Shown here piece after piece: positions 11,927 through 25,400 of a DNA stretch of 64,000 nt (positions are counted from its first letter, which is position 1; each line of letters opens with the position of its first letter). Origin of the DNA: Auanema rhodensis (Eukaryota; Animalia; Nematoda); assembly GCA_964057225.1 (NCBI GenBank), contig OZ059900.1, forward strand, positions 16,306,001 to 16,370,000, in the 5' to 3' direction. The position numbers and the translations under genes are program-made. The notes below the pieces were generated by a model, which was given only the letters and a program-made list of their open reading frames with translations, searched no databases and was not told where the DNA came from.

Positions 11927-13101
11927 GGCGTGCCCTCAGAATATGCTAATTTCCTTAATTTTCTAACCCCTGTTTTTTTGTCGTGAAAGTGGAACTAGAC
12001 GTTGTACGAACAATTTTGAGCTAGGTTTCATTGACATTGCATGAGTTTGAACACATGAAATCGTAAGTCAAAACCTTGTTTACAGCGAAATTTCCAAAAA
12101 CTGGTTTTCCAGCATAATAAAATATTTCTCATGGGAAATACTGTGTTTTTGTATTTTTCTAGTGTTCAGCATGTAAAATGCTTCATTTTAGTATGTAACA
12201 CGCTAAAGTTCGTTGCATTTGACGACTCATATGAACAAAAATCGATTTAATCAATATTAGCCATAAGGGGCGTGCCCTCAGAATATGCTAATTTCCTTAA
12301 TTTTCTAACCCCTGTTTTTTTGTCGTGAAAGTGGAACTAGACGTTGTACGAACAATTTTGAGCTAGGTTTCATTGACATTGCATGAGTTTGAACACATGA
12401 AATCGTAAGTCAAAGCCTTGTTTACAGCGAAATTTCCAAAAACTGGTTTTCCAGCATAATAAAATATTTCTCATGGGAAATACTGTGTTTTTGTATTTTT
12501 CTAGTGTTCAGCATGTAAAATCCTTCATTTTAGTATGTAACACGCTGAAATTCGTTGCATTTGACAACTCATATGAACAAAAATCGATTTAATCAATATT
12601 AGCCATAATAAAATATTTCTCATGGGAAATACTGTGTTTTTGTATTTTTCTAGTGTTCAGCATGTAAAATGATTCATTTTAGTATGTAACACGCTGAAAT
12701 TCGTTGCATTTGACGACTCATATGAACAAAAATCGATTTAATCAATATTAGCCATAAGGGGCGTGCCCTCAGAATATGCTAATTTCCTTAATTTTCTAAC
12801 CCCTGTTTTTTTGTCGTGAAAGTGGAACTAGACGTTGTACGAACAATTTTGAGCTAGGTTTCATTGACATTGCATGAGTTTGAACACATGAAATCGTAAG
12901 TCAAAACCTTGTTTACAGCGAAATTTCCAAAAACTGGTTTTCCAGCATAATAAAATATTTCTCATGGGAAATACTGTGTTTTTGTATTTTTCTAGTGTTC
13001 AGCATGTAAAATGCTTCATTTTAGTATGTAACACGCTAAAGTTCGTTGCATTTGACGACTCATATGAACAAAAATCGATTTAATCAATATTAGCCATAAG
13101 G
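11436..13101 (+). repeat. Two copies of an 833-bp unit (491+342)
   Basis: Junctions at 11775 and 12608 (833 apart). Both 342-bp partners carry the rare CGCTAAAGTTCG double variant. Confidence 0.88.
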
Positions 13102-13784
13102 GGCGTGCCCTCAGAATATGCTAATTTCCTTAACTTTCTAACCCCTGTTTTTTGTCGTGAAAGTGGAACTAGACGTTGTACGAACAATTTTGAGCTAAGT
13201 TTCATTGACATTGCATGAGTTTGAACACATGAAATCGTAAGTCAAAACCTTGTTTACAGCGAAATTTCCAAAAACTGGTTTTCCAGCATAATAAAACATT
13301 TCTCATGGGAAATACTGTGTTTTTGTTTTTTTCTAGTGTTCAGCATGTAAAATGCTTCATTTTAGTATGTAACACGCTGAAATTCGTTGCATTTGACGAC
13401 TCATATGAACAAAAATCGATTTAATCAATATTAGCCATAAGGGGCGTGCCCTCAGAATATGCTAATTTCCTTAATTTTCTAACCCCTGTTTTTTTGTCGT
13501 GAAAGTGGAACTAGATGTTGTACGAACAATTTTGAGCTAGGTTTCATTGACATTGCATGAGTTTGAACACATGAAATCGTAAGTCAAAACCTTGTTTACA
13601 GCGAAATTTCCAAAAACTGGTTTTCCAGCATAATAAAATATTTCTCATGGGAAATACTGTGTTTTTGTATTTTTCTAGTGTTCAGCATGTAAAATGCTTC
13701 ATTTTAGTATGTAACACGCTGAAATTCGTTGCATTTGACGACTCATATGAACAAAAATCGATTTAATCAATATTAGCCATAAGG

Positions 13785-15748
13785 GGCGTGCCCTCAGAAT
13801 ATGCTAATTTCCTTAATTTTCTAACCCCTGTTTTTTTGTCGTGAAAGTGGAACTAGACGTTGTACGAACAATTTTGAGCTAGGTTTCATTGACATTGCAT
13901 GAGTTTGAACACATGAAATCGTAAGTCAAAGCCTTGTTTACAGCGAAATTTCCAAAAACTGGTTTTCCAGCATAATAAAATATTTCTCATGGGAAATACT
14001 GTGTTTTTGTATTTTTCTAGTGTTCAGCATGTAAAATCCTTCATTTTAGTATGTAACACGCTGAAATTCGTTGCATTTGACAACTCATATGAACAAAAAT
14101 CGATTTAATCAATATTAGCCATAATAAAATATTTCTCATGGGAAATACTGTGTTTTTGTATTTTTCTAGTGTTCAGCATGTAAAATGATTCATTTTAGTA
14201 TGTAACACGCTGAAATTCGTTGCATTTGACGACTCATATGAACAAAAATCGATTTAATCAATATTAGCCATAAGGGGCGTGCCCTCAGAATATGCTAATT
14301 TCCTTAATTTTCTAACCCCTGTTTTTTTGTCGTGAAAGTGGAACTAGACGTTGTACGAACAATTTTGAGCTAGGTTTCATTGACATTGCATGAGTTTGAA
14401 CACATGAAATCGTAAGTCAAAGCCTTGTTTACAGCGAAATTTCCAAAAACTGGTTTTCCAGCATAATAAAATATTTCTCATGGGAAATACTGTGTTTTTG
14501 TATTTTTCTAGTGTTCAGCATGTAAAATCCTTCATTTTAGTATGTAACACGCTGAAATTCGTTGCATTTGACAACTCATATGAACAAAAATCGATTTAAT
14601 CAATATTAGCCATAATAAAATATTTCTCATGGGAAATACTGTGTTTTTGTATTTTTCTAGTGTTCAGCATGTAAAATGATTCATTTTAGTATGTAACACG
14701 CTGAAATTCGTTGCATTTGACGACTCATATGAACAAAAATCGATTTAATCAATATTAGCCATAAGGGGCGTGCCCTCAGAATATGCTAATTTCCTTAATT
14801 TTCTAACCCCTGTTTTTTTGTCGTGAAAGTGGAACTAGACGTTGTACGAACAATTTTGAGCTAGGTTTCATTGACATTGCATGAGTTTGAACACATGAAA
14901 TCGTAAGTCAAAGCCTTGTTTACAGCGAAATTTCCAAAAACTGGTTTTCCAGCATAATAAAATATTTCTCATGGGAAATACTGTGTTTTTGTATTTTTCT
15001 AGTGTTCAGCATGTAAAATCCTTCATTTTAGTATGTAACACGCTGAAATTCGTTGCATTTGACAACTCATATGAACAAAAATCGATTTAATCAATATTAG
15101 CCATAATAAAATATTTCTCATGGGAAATACTGTGTTTTTGTATTTTTCTAGTGTTCAGCATGTAAAATGATTCATTTTAGTATGTAACACGCTGAAATTC
15201 GTTGCATTTGACGACTCATATGAACAAAAATCGATTTAATCAATATTAGCCATAAGGGGCGTGCCCTCAGAATATGCTAATTTCCTTAATTTTCTAACCC
15301 CTGTTTTTTTGTCGTGAAAGTGGAACTAGACGTTGTACGAACAATTTTGAGCTAGGTTTCATTGACATTGCATGAGTTTGAACACATGAAATCGTAAGTC
15401 AAAGCCTTGTTTACAGCGAAATTTCCAAAAACTGGTTTTCCAGCATAATAAAATATTTCTCATGGGAAATACTGTGTTTTTGTATTTTTCTAGTGTTCAG
15501 CATGTAAAATCCTTCATTTTAGTATGTAACACGCTGAAATTCGTTGCATTTGACAACTCATATGAACAAAAATCGATTTAATCAATATTAGCCATAATAA
15601 AATATTTCTCATGGGAAATACTGTGTTTTTGTATTTTTCTAGTGTTCAGCATGTAAAATGATTCATTTTAGTATGTAACACGCTGAAATTCGTTGCATTT
15701 GACGACTCATATGAACAAAAATCGATTTAATCAATATTAGCCATAAGG
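13785..15748 (+). repeat. Run of four consecutive 491-bp monomers
   Basis: Junctions at 14124, 14615, 15106 and 15597 (spacing 491), all with the same four linked SNPs. Confidence 0.95.
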
Positions 15749-18142
15749 GGCGTGCCCTCAGAATATGCTAATTTCCTTAATTTTCTAACCCCTGTTTTTT
15801 TGTCGTGAAAGTGGAACTAGACGTTGTACGAACAATTTTGAGCTAGGTTTCATTGACATTGCATGAGTTTGAACACATGAAATCGTAAGTCAAAACCTTG
15901 TTTACAGCGAAATTTCCAAAAACTGGTTTTCCAGCATAATAAAATATTTCTCATGGGAAATACTGTGTTTTTGTATTTTTCTAGTGTTCAGCATTTAAAA
16001 TGCTTCATTTTAGTATGTAACACGCTGAAATTCGTTGCATTTGACGACTCATATGAACAAAAATCGATTTAATCAATATTAGCCATAAGGGGCGTGCCCT
16101 CAGAATATGCTAATTTCCTTAATTTTCTAACCCCTGTTTTTTTGTCGTGAAAGTGGAACTAGACGTTGTACGAACAATTTTGAGCTAGGTTTCATTGACA
16201 TTGCATGAGTTTGAACACATGAAATCGTAAGTCAAAACCTTGTTTACAGCGAAATTTCCAAAAACTGGTTTTCCAGCATAATAAAATATTTCTCATGGGA
16301 AATACTGTGTTTTTGTATTTTTCTAGTGTTCAGCATGTAAAATGCTTCATTTTAGTATGTAACACGCTAAAATTCGTTGCATTTGACGACTCATATGAAC
16401 AAAAATCGATTTAATCAATATTAGCCATAAGTGGCGTGCCCTCAGAATATGCTAATTTCCTTAATTTTCTAACCCCTGTTTTTTTGTCGTGAAAGTGGAA
16501 CTAGACGTTGTACGAACAATTTTGAGCTAGGTTTCATTGACATTGCATGAGTTTGAACACATGAAATCGTAAGTCAAAACCTTGTTTACAGCGAAATTTC
16601 CAAAAACTGGTTTTCCAGCATAATAAAATATTTCTCATGGGAAATACTGTGTTTTTGTATTTTTCTAGTGTTCAGCATGTAAAATGCTTCATTTTAGTAT
16701 GTAACACGCTAAAATTCGTTGCATTTGACGACTCATATGAACAAAAATCGATTTAATCAATATTAGCCATAAGGGGCGTGCCCTCAGAATATGCTAATTT
16801 CCTTAATTTTCTAACCCCTGTTTTTTTGTCGTGAAAGTGGAACTAGACGTTGTACGAACAATTTTGAGCTAGGTTTCATTGACATTGCATGAGTTTGAAC
16901 ACATGAAATCGTAAGTCAAAACCTTGTTTACAGCGAAATTTCCAAAAACTGGTTTTCCAGCATAATAAAATATTTCTCATGGGAAATACTGTGTTTTTGT
17001 ATTTTTTTAGTGTTCAGCATGTAAAATGCTTCATTTTAGTATGTAACACGCTGAAATTCGTTGCATTTGACGACTCATATGAACAAAAATCGATTTAATC
17101 AATATTAGCCATAAGGGGCGTGCCCTCAGAATATGCTAATTTCCTTAATTTTCTAACCCCTGTTTTTTTGTCGTGAAAGTGGAACTAGACGTTGTACGAA
17201 CAATTTTGAGCTAAGTTTCATTGACATTGCATGAGTTTGAACACATGAAATCGTATGTCAAAACCTTGTTTACAGCGAAATTTCCAAAAACTGGTTTTCC
17301 AGCATAATAAAATATTTCTCATGGGAAATACTGTGTTTTTGTATTTTTCTAGTGTTCAGCATGTAAAATGCTTCATTTTAGTATGTAACACGCTAAAATT
17401 CGTTGCATTTGACGACTCATATGAACAAAAATCGATTTAATCAATATTAGCCATAAGGGGCGTGCCCTCAGAATATGCTAATTTCCTTAATTTTCTAACC
17501 CCTGTTTTTTTGTCGTGAAAGTGGAACTAGACGTTGTACGAACAATTTTGAGCTAGGTTTCATTGACATTGCATGAGTTTGAACACATGAAATCGTAAGT
17601 CAAAACCTTGTTTACAGCGAAATTTCCAAAAACTGGTTTTCCAGCATAATAAAATATTTCTCATGGGAAATACTGTGTTTTTGTATTTTTTTAGTGTTCA
17701 GCATGTAAAATGCTTCATTTTAGTATGTAACACGCTGAAATTCGTTGCATTTGACGACTCATATGAACAAAAATCGATTTAATCAATATTAGCCATAAGG
17801 GGCGTGCCCTCAGAATATGCTAATTTCCTTAATTTTCTAACCCCTGTTTTTTTGTCGTGAAAGTGGAACTAGACGTTGTACGAACAATTTTGAGCAAGGT
17901 TTCATTGACATTGCATGAGTTTGAACACATGAAATCGTAAGTCAAAACCTTGTTTACAGCGAAATTTCCAAAAACTGGTTTTCCAGCATAATAAAATATT
18001 TCTCATGGGAAATACTGTGTTTTTGTATTTTTCTAGTGTTCAGCATGTAAAATGCTTCATTTTAGTATGTAACACGCTGAAATTCGTTGCATTTGACGAC
18101 TCATATGAACAAAAATCGATTTAATCAATATTAGACATAAGG

Positions 18143-19466
18143 GGCGTGCCCTCAGAATATGCTAATTTCCTTAATTTTCTAACCCCTGTTTTTTTGTCGT
18201 GAAAGTGGAACTAGACGTTGTACGAACAATTTTGAGCTAGGTTTCATTGACATTGCATGAGTTTGAACACATGAAATCGTAAGTCAAAACCTTGTTTACA
18301 GCGAAATTTCCAAAAACTGGTTTTCCAGCATAATAAAATATTTCTCATGGGAAATACTGTGTTTTTGTATTTTTCTAGTGTTCAGCATGTAAAATGCTTC
18401 ATTTTAGTATGTAACACGCTGAAATTCGTTGCATTTGACAACTCATATGAACAAAAATCGATTTAATCAATATTAGCCATAATAAAATATTTCTCATGGG
18501 AAATACTGTGTTTTTGTATTTTTCTAGTGTTCAGCATGTAAAATGATTCATTTTAGTATGTAACACGCTGAAATTCGTTGCATTTGACGACTCATATGAA
18601 CAAAAATCGATTTAATCAATATTAGCCATAAGGGGCGTGCCCTCAGAATATGCTAATTTCCTTAATTTTCTAACCCCTGTTTTTTTGTCGTGAAAGTGGA
18701 ACTAGACGTTGTACGAACAATTTTGAGCTAGGTTTCATTGACATTGCATGAGTTTGAACACATGAAATCGTAAGTCAAAACCTTGTTTACAGCGAAATTT
18801 CCAAAAACTGGTTTTCCAGCATAATAAAATATTTCTCATGGGAAATACTGTGTTTTTGTATTTTTCTAGTGTTCAGCATGTAAAATGCTTCATTTTAGTA
18901 TGTAACACGCTGAAATTCGTTGCATTTGACGACTTATATGAACAAAAATCGATTTAATCAATATTAGCCATAAGGGGCGTGCCCTCAGAATATGCTAATT
19001 TCCTTAATTTTCTAACCCCTGTTTTTTTGTCGTGAAAGTGGAACTAGACGTTGTACGAACAATTTTGAGCTAGGTTTCATTGACATTGCATGAGTTTGAA
19101 CACATGAAATCGTAAGTCAAAACCTTGTTTACAGCGAAATTTCCAAAAACTGGTTTTCCAGCATAATAAAATATTTCTCATGGGAAATACTGTGTTTTTG
19201 TATTTTTCTAGTGTTCAGCATGTAAAATGCTTCATTTTAGTATGTAACACGCTGAAATTCGTTGCATTTGACAACTCATATGAACAAAAATAGATTTAAT
19301 CAATATTAGCCATAATAAAATATTTCTCATGGGAAATACTGTGTTTTTGTATTTTTCTAGTGTTCAGCATGTAAAATGATTCATTTTAGTATGTAACACG
19401 CTGAAATTCGTTGCATTTGACGACTCATATGAACAAAAATCGATTTAATCAATATTAGACATAAGG
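18143..19466 (+). repeat. Two 491-bp monomers separated by one 342-bp monomer
   Basis: Junctions at 18482 and 19315 (833 apart). They keep GACAAC and ATGATT but lack AAAGCC and AAATCC. Confidence 0.9.
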
Positions 19467-22400
19467 GGCGTGCCCTCAGAATATGCTAATTTCCTTAATT
19501 TTCTAACCCCTGTTTTTTTGTCGTGAAAGTGGAACTAGACGTTGTACGAACAATTTTGAGCTAGGTTTCATTGACATTGCATGAGTTTGAACACATGAAA
19601 TCGTAAGTCAAAACCTTGTTTACAGCGAAATTTCCAAAAACTGGTTTTCCAGCATAATAAAATATTTCTCATGGGAAATACTGTGTTTTTGTATTTTTCT
19701 AGTGTTCAGCATGTAAAATGCTTCATTTTAGTATGTAACACGCTGAAATTCGTTGCATTTGACGACTTATATGAACAAAAATCGATTTAATCAATATTAG
19801 CCATAAGGGGCGTGCCCTCAGAATATGCTAATTTCCTTAATTTTCTAACCCCTGTTTTTTTGTCGTGAAAGTGGAACTAGACGTTGTACGAACAATTTTG
19901 AGCTAGGTTTCATTGACATTGCATGAGTTTGAACACATGAAATCGTAAGTCAAAACCTTGTTTACAGCGAAATTTCCAAAAACTGGTTTTCCAGCATAAT
20001 AAAATATTTCTCATGGGAAATACTGTGTTTTTGTATTTTTCTAGTGTTCAGCATGTAAAATGCTTCATTTTAGTATGTAACACGCTGAAATTCGTTGCAT
20101 TTGACGACTCATATGAACAAAAATCGATTTAATCAATATTAGCCATAAGGGGCGTGCCCTCAGAATATGCTAATTTCCTTAATTTTCTAACCCCTGTTTT
20201 TTTGTCGTGAAAGTGGAACTAGACGTTGTACGAACAATTTTGAGCTAAGTTTCATTGACATTGCATGAGTTTGAACACATGAAATCGTAAGTCAAAACCT
20301 TGTTTACAGCGAAATTTCCAAAAACTGGTTTTCCAGCATAATAAAATATTTCTCATGGGAAATACTGTGTTTTTGTATTTTTCTAGTGTTCAGCATGTAA
20401 AATGCTTCATTTTAGTATGTAACACGCTGAAATTCGTTGCATTTGACGACTCATATGAACAAAAATCGATTTAATCAATATTAGCCATAAGGGGCGTGCC
20501 CTCAGAATATGCTAATTTCCTTAATTTTCTAACCTCTGTTTTTTTGTCGTGAAAGTGGAACTAAACGTTGTACGAACAATTTTGAGCTAGGTTTCATTGA
20601 CATTGCATGAGTTTGAACACATGAAATCGTAAGTCAAAACCTTGTTTACAGCGAAATTTCCAAAAACTGGTTTTCCAGCATAATAAAATATTTCTCATGG
20701 GAAATACTGTGTTTTTGTATTTTTCTAGTGTTCAGCATGTAAAATGCTTTATATTAGTATGTAACACGCTGAAATTCGTTGCATTTGACGACTCATATGA
20801 ACAAAAATCGATTTAATCAATATTAGCCATAAGGGGCGTGCCCTCAGAATATGCTAATTTCCTTAATTTTCTAACCCCTGTTTTTTTGTCGTGAAAGTGG
20901 AACTAGACGTTGTACGAACAATTTTGAACTAAGTTTCATTGACATTGCATGAGTTTGAACACATGAAATCGTAAGTCAAAACCTTGTTTACAGCGAAATT
21001 TCCAAAAACTGGTTTTCCAGCATAATAAAATATTTCTCATGGGAAATACTGTGTTTTTGTTTTTTTCTAGTGTTCAGCATGTAAAATGCTTCATTTTAGT
21101 ATGTAACACGCTGAAATTCGTTGCATTTGACGAATCATATGAACAAAAATCGATTTAATCAATATTAGCCATAAGGGGCGTGCCCTCAGAATATGCTAAT
21201 TTCCTTAATTTTCTAACCCCTGTTTTTTTGTCGTGAAAGTGGAACTAGACGTTGTACGAACAATTTTGAGCTAGGTTTCATTGACATTGCATGAGTTTGA
21301 ACACATGAAATCGTAAGTCAAAACCTTGTTTACAGCGAAATTTCCAAAAACTGGTTTTCCAGCATAATAAAATATTTCTCATGGGAAATACTGTGTTTTT
21401 GTATTTTTCTAGTGTTCAGCATGTAAAATGCTTCATATTAGTATGTAACACGCTGAAATTCGTTGCATTTGACGACTCATATGAACAAAAATCGATTTAA
21501 TCAATATTAGCCATAAGGGGCGTGCCCTCAGAATATGCTAATTTCCTTAATTTTCTAACCCCTGTTTTTTTGTCGTGAAAGTGGAACTAGACGTTGTACG
21601 AACAATTTTGAGCTAGGTTTCATTGACATTGCATGAGTTTGAACACATGAAATCGTAAGTCAAAACCTTGTTTACAGCGAAATTTCCAAAAACTGGTTTT
21701 CCAGCATAATAAAATATTTCTCATGGGAAATACTGTGTTTTTGTTTTTTTCTAGTGTTCAGCATGTAAAATGCTTCATTTTAGTATGTAACACGCTGAAA
21801 TTCGTTGCATTTGACGACTCATATGAACAAAAATCGATTTAATCAATATTAGCCATAAGGGGCGTGCCCTCAGAATATGCTAATTTCCTTAATTTTCTAA
21901 CCTCTGTTTTTTTGTCGTGAAAGTGGAACTAAACGTTGTACGAACAATTTTGAGCTAGGTTTCATTGACATTGCATGAGTTTGAACACATGAAATCGTAA
22001 GTCAAAACCTTGTTTACAGCGAAATTTCCAAAAACTGGTTTTCCAGCATAATAAAATATTTCTCATGGGAAATACTGTGTTTTTGTATTTTTCTAGTGTT
22101 CAGCATGTAAAATGCTTCATATTAGTATGTAACACGCTGAAATTCGTTGCATTTGACGACTCATATGAACAAAAATCGATTTAATCAATATTAGCCATAA
22201 GGGGCGTGCCCTCAGAATATGCTAATTTCCTTAATTTTCTAACCCCTGTTTTTTTGTCGTGAAAGTGGAACTAGACGTTGTACGAACAATTTTGAGCTAA
22301 GTTTCATTGACATTGCATGAGTTTGAACACATGAAATCGTAAGTCAAAACCTTGTTTACAGCGAAATTTCCAAAAACTGGTTTTCCAGCATAATAAAATA

Positions 22401-25400
22401 TTTCTCATGGGAAATACTGTGTTTTTGTTTTTTTCTAGTGTTCAGCATGTAAAATGCTTCATTTTAGTATGTAACACGCTGAAATTCGTTGCATTTGACG
22501 AATCATATGAACAAAAATCGATTTAATCAATATTAGCCATAAGGGGCGTGCCCTCAGAATATGCTAATTTCCTTAATTTTCTAACCCCTGTTTTTTTGTC
22601 GTGAAAGTGGAACTAGACGTTGTACGAACAATTTTGAGCTAGGTTTCATTGACATTGCATGAGTTTGAACACATGAAATCGTAAGTCAAAACCTTGTTTA
22701 CAGCGAAATTTCCAAAAACTGGTTTTCCAGCATAATAAAATATTTCTCATGGGAAATACTGTGTTTTTGTATTTTACTAGTGTTCAGCATGTAAAATGCT
22801 TTATTTTAGTATGTAACACGCTGAAATTCGTTGCATTTGACGACTCATATGAACAAAAATCGATTTAATCAATATTAGCCATAAGGGGCGTGCCCTCAGA
22901 ATATGCTAATTTCCTTAATTTTCTAACCCCTGTTTTTTTGTCGTGAAAGTGGAACTAGACGTTGTACGAACAATTTTGAGCTAGGTTTCATTGACATTGC
23001 ATGAGTTTGAACACATGAAATCGTAAGTCAAAACCTTGTTTACAGCGAAATTTCCAAAAACTGGTTTTCCAGCATAATAAAATATTTCTCATGGGAAATA
23101 CTGTGTTTTTGTATTTTTCTAGTGTTCAGCATGTAAAATGCTTCATTTTAGTATGTAACACGCTGAAATTCGTTGCATTTGACGACTCATATGAACAAAA
23201 ATCGATTTAATCAATATTAGCCATAAGGGGCGTGCCCTCAGAATATGCTAATTTCCTTAATTTTCTAACCCCTGTTTTTTTGTCGTGAAAGTGGAACTAG
23301 ACGTTGTACGAACAATTTTGAGCTAGGTTTCATTGACATTGCATGAGTTTGAACACATGAAATCGTAAGTCAAAACCTTGTTTACAGCGAAATTTCCAAA
23401 AACTGGTTTTCCAGCATAATAAAATATTTCTCATGGGAAATACTGTGTTTTTGTATTTTTCTAGTGTTCAGCATGTAAAATGCTTCATTTTAGTATGTAA
23501 CACGCTGAAATTCGTTGCATTCGACGACTCATATGAACAAAAATCGATTTAATCAATATTAGCCATAAGGGGCGTGCCCTCAGAATATGCTAATTTCCTT
23601 AATTTTCTAACCCCTGTTTTTTTGTCGTGAAAGTGGAACTACACGTTGTACGAACAATTTTGAGCTAGGTTTCATTGACATTGCATGAGTTTGAACACAT
23701 GAAATCGTAAGTCAAAACCTTGTTTACAGCGAAATTTCCAAAAACTGGTTTTCCAGCATAATAAAATATTTCTCATGGGAAATACTGTGTTTTCGTATTT
23801 TTCTAGTGTTCAGCATGTAAAATGCTTCATTTTAGTATGTAACACGCTGAAATTCGTTGCATTTGACGAATCATATGAACAAAAATCGATTTAATCAATA
23901 TTAGCCATAAGGGGCGTGCCCTCAGAATATGCTAATTTCCTTAATTTTCTAACCCCTGTTTTTTTGTCGTGAAAGTGGAACTAGACGTTGTACGAACAAT
24001 TTTGAGCTAGGTTTCATTGACATTGCATGAGTTTGAACACATGAAATCGTAAGTCAAAACCTTGTTTACAGCGAAATTTCCAAAAACTGGTTTTCCAGCA
24101 TAATAAAATATTTCTCATGGGAAATACTGTGTTTTTGTATTTTACTAGTGTTCAGCATGTAAAATGCTTCATTTTAGTATGTAACACGCTGAAATTCGTT
24201 GCATTTGACGACTCATATGAACAAAAATCGATTTAATCAATATTAGCCATAAGGGGCGTGCCCTCAGAATATGCTAATTTCCTTAAATTTCTAACCTCTG
24301 TTTTTTTGTCGTGAAAGTGGAACTAAACGTTGTACAAACAATTTTGAGCTAGGTTTCATTGACATTGCATGAGTTTGAACACATGAAATCGTAAGTCAAA
24401 ACCTTGTTTACAGCGAAATTTCCAAAAACTGGTTTTCCAGCATAATAAAATATTTCTCATGGGAAATACTGTGTTTTTGTATTTTTCTAGTGTTCAGCAT
24501 GTAAAATGATTCATTTTAGTATGTAACACGCTGAAATTCGTTGCATTTGACGACTCATATGAACAAAAATCGATTTAATCAATATTAGCCATAAGGGGCG
24601 TGCCCTCAGAATATGCTAATTTCCTTAATTTTCTAACCCCTGTTTTTTTGTCGTGAAAGTGGAACTACACGTTGTACGAACAATTTTGAGCTAGGTTTCA
24701 TTGACATTGCATGAGTTTGAACACATGAAATCGTAAGTCAAAACCTTGTTTACAGCGAAATTTCCAAAAACTGGTTTTCCAGCATAATAAAATATTTCTC
24801 ATGGGAAATACTGTGTTTTCGTATTTTTCTAGTGTTCAGCATGTAAAATGCTTCATTTTAGTATGTAACACGCTGAAATTCGTTGCATTTGACGAATCAT
24901 ATGAACAAAAATCGATTTAATCAATATTAGCCATAAGGGGCGTGCCCTCAGAATATGCTAATTTCCTTAATTTTCTAACCCCTGTTTTTTTGTCGTGAAA
25001 GTGGAACTAGACGTTGTACGAACAATTTTGAGCTAGGTTTCATTGACATTGCATGAGTTTGAACACATGAAATCGTAAGTCAAAACCTTGTTTACAGCGA
25101 AATTTCCAAAAACTGGTTTTCCAGCATAATAAAATATTTCTCATGGGAAATACTGTGTTTTTGTATTTTACTAGTGTTCAGCATGTAAAATGCTTCATTT
25201 TAGTATGTAACACGCTGAAATTCGTTGCATTTGACGACTCATATGAACAAAAATCGATTTAATCAATATTAGCCATAAGGGGCGTGCCCTCAGAATATGC
25301 TAATTTCCTTAAATTTCTAACCTCTGTTTTTTTGTCGTGAAAGTGGAACTAAACGTTGTACAAACAATTTTGAGCTAGGTTTCATTGACATTGCATGAGT

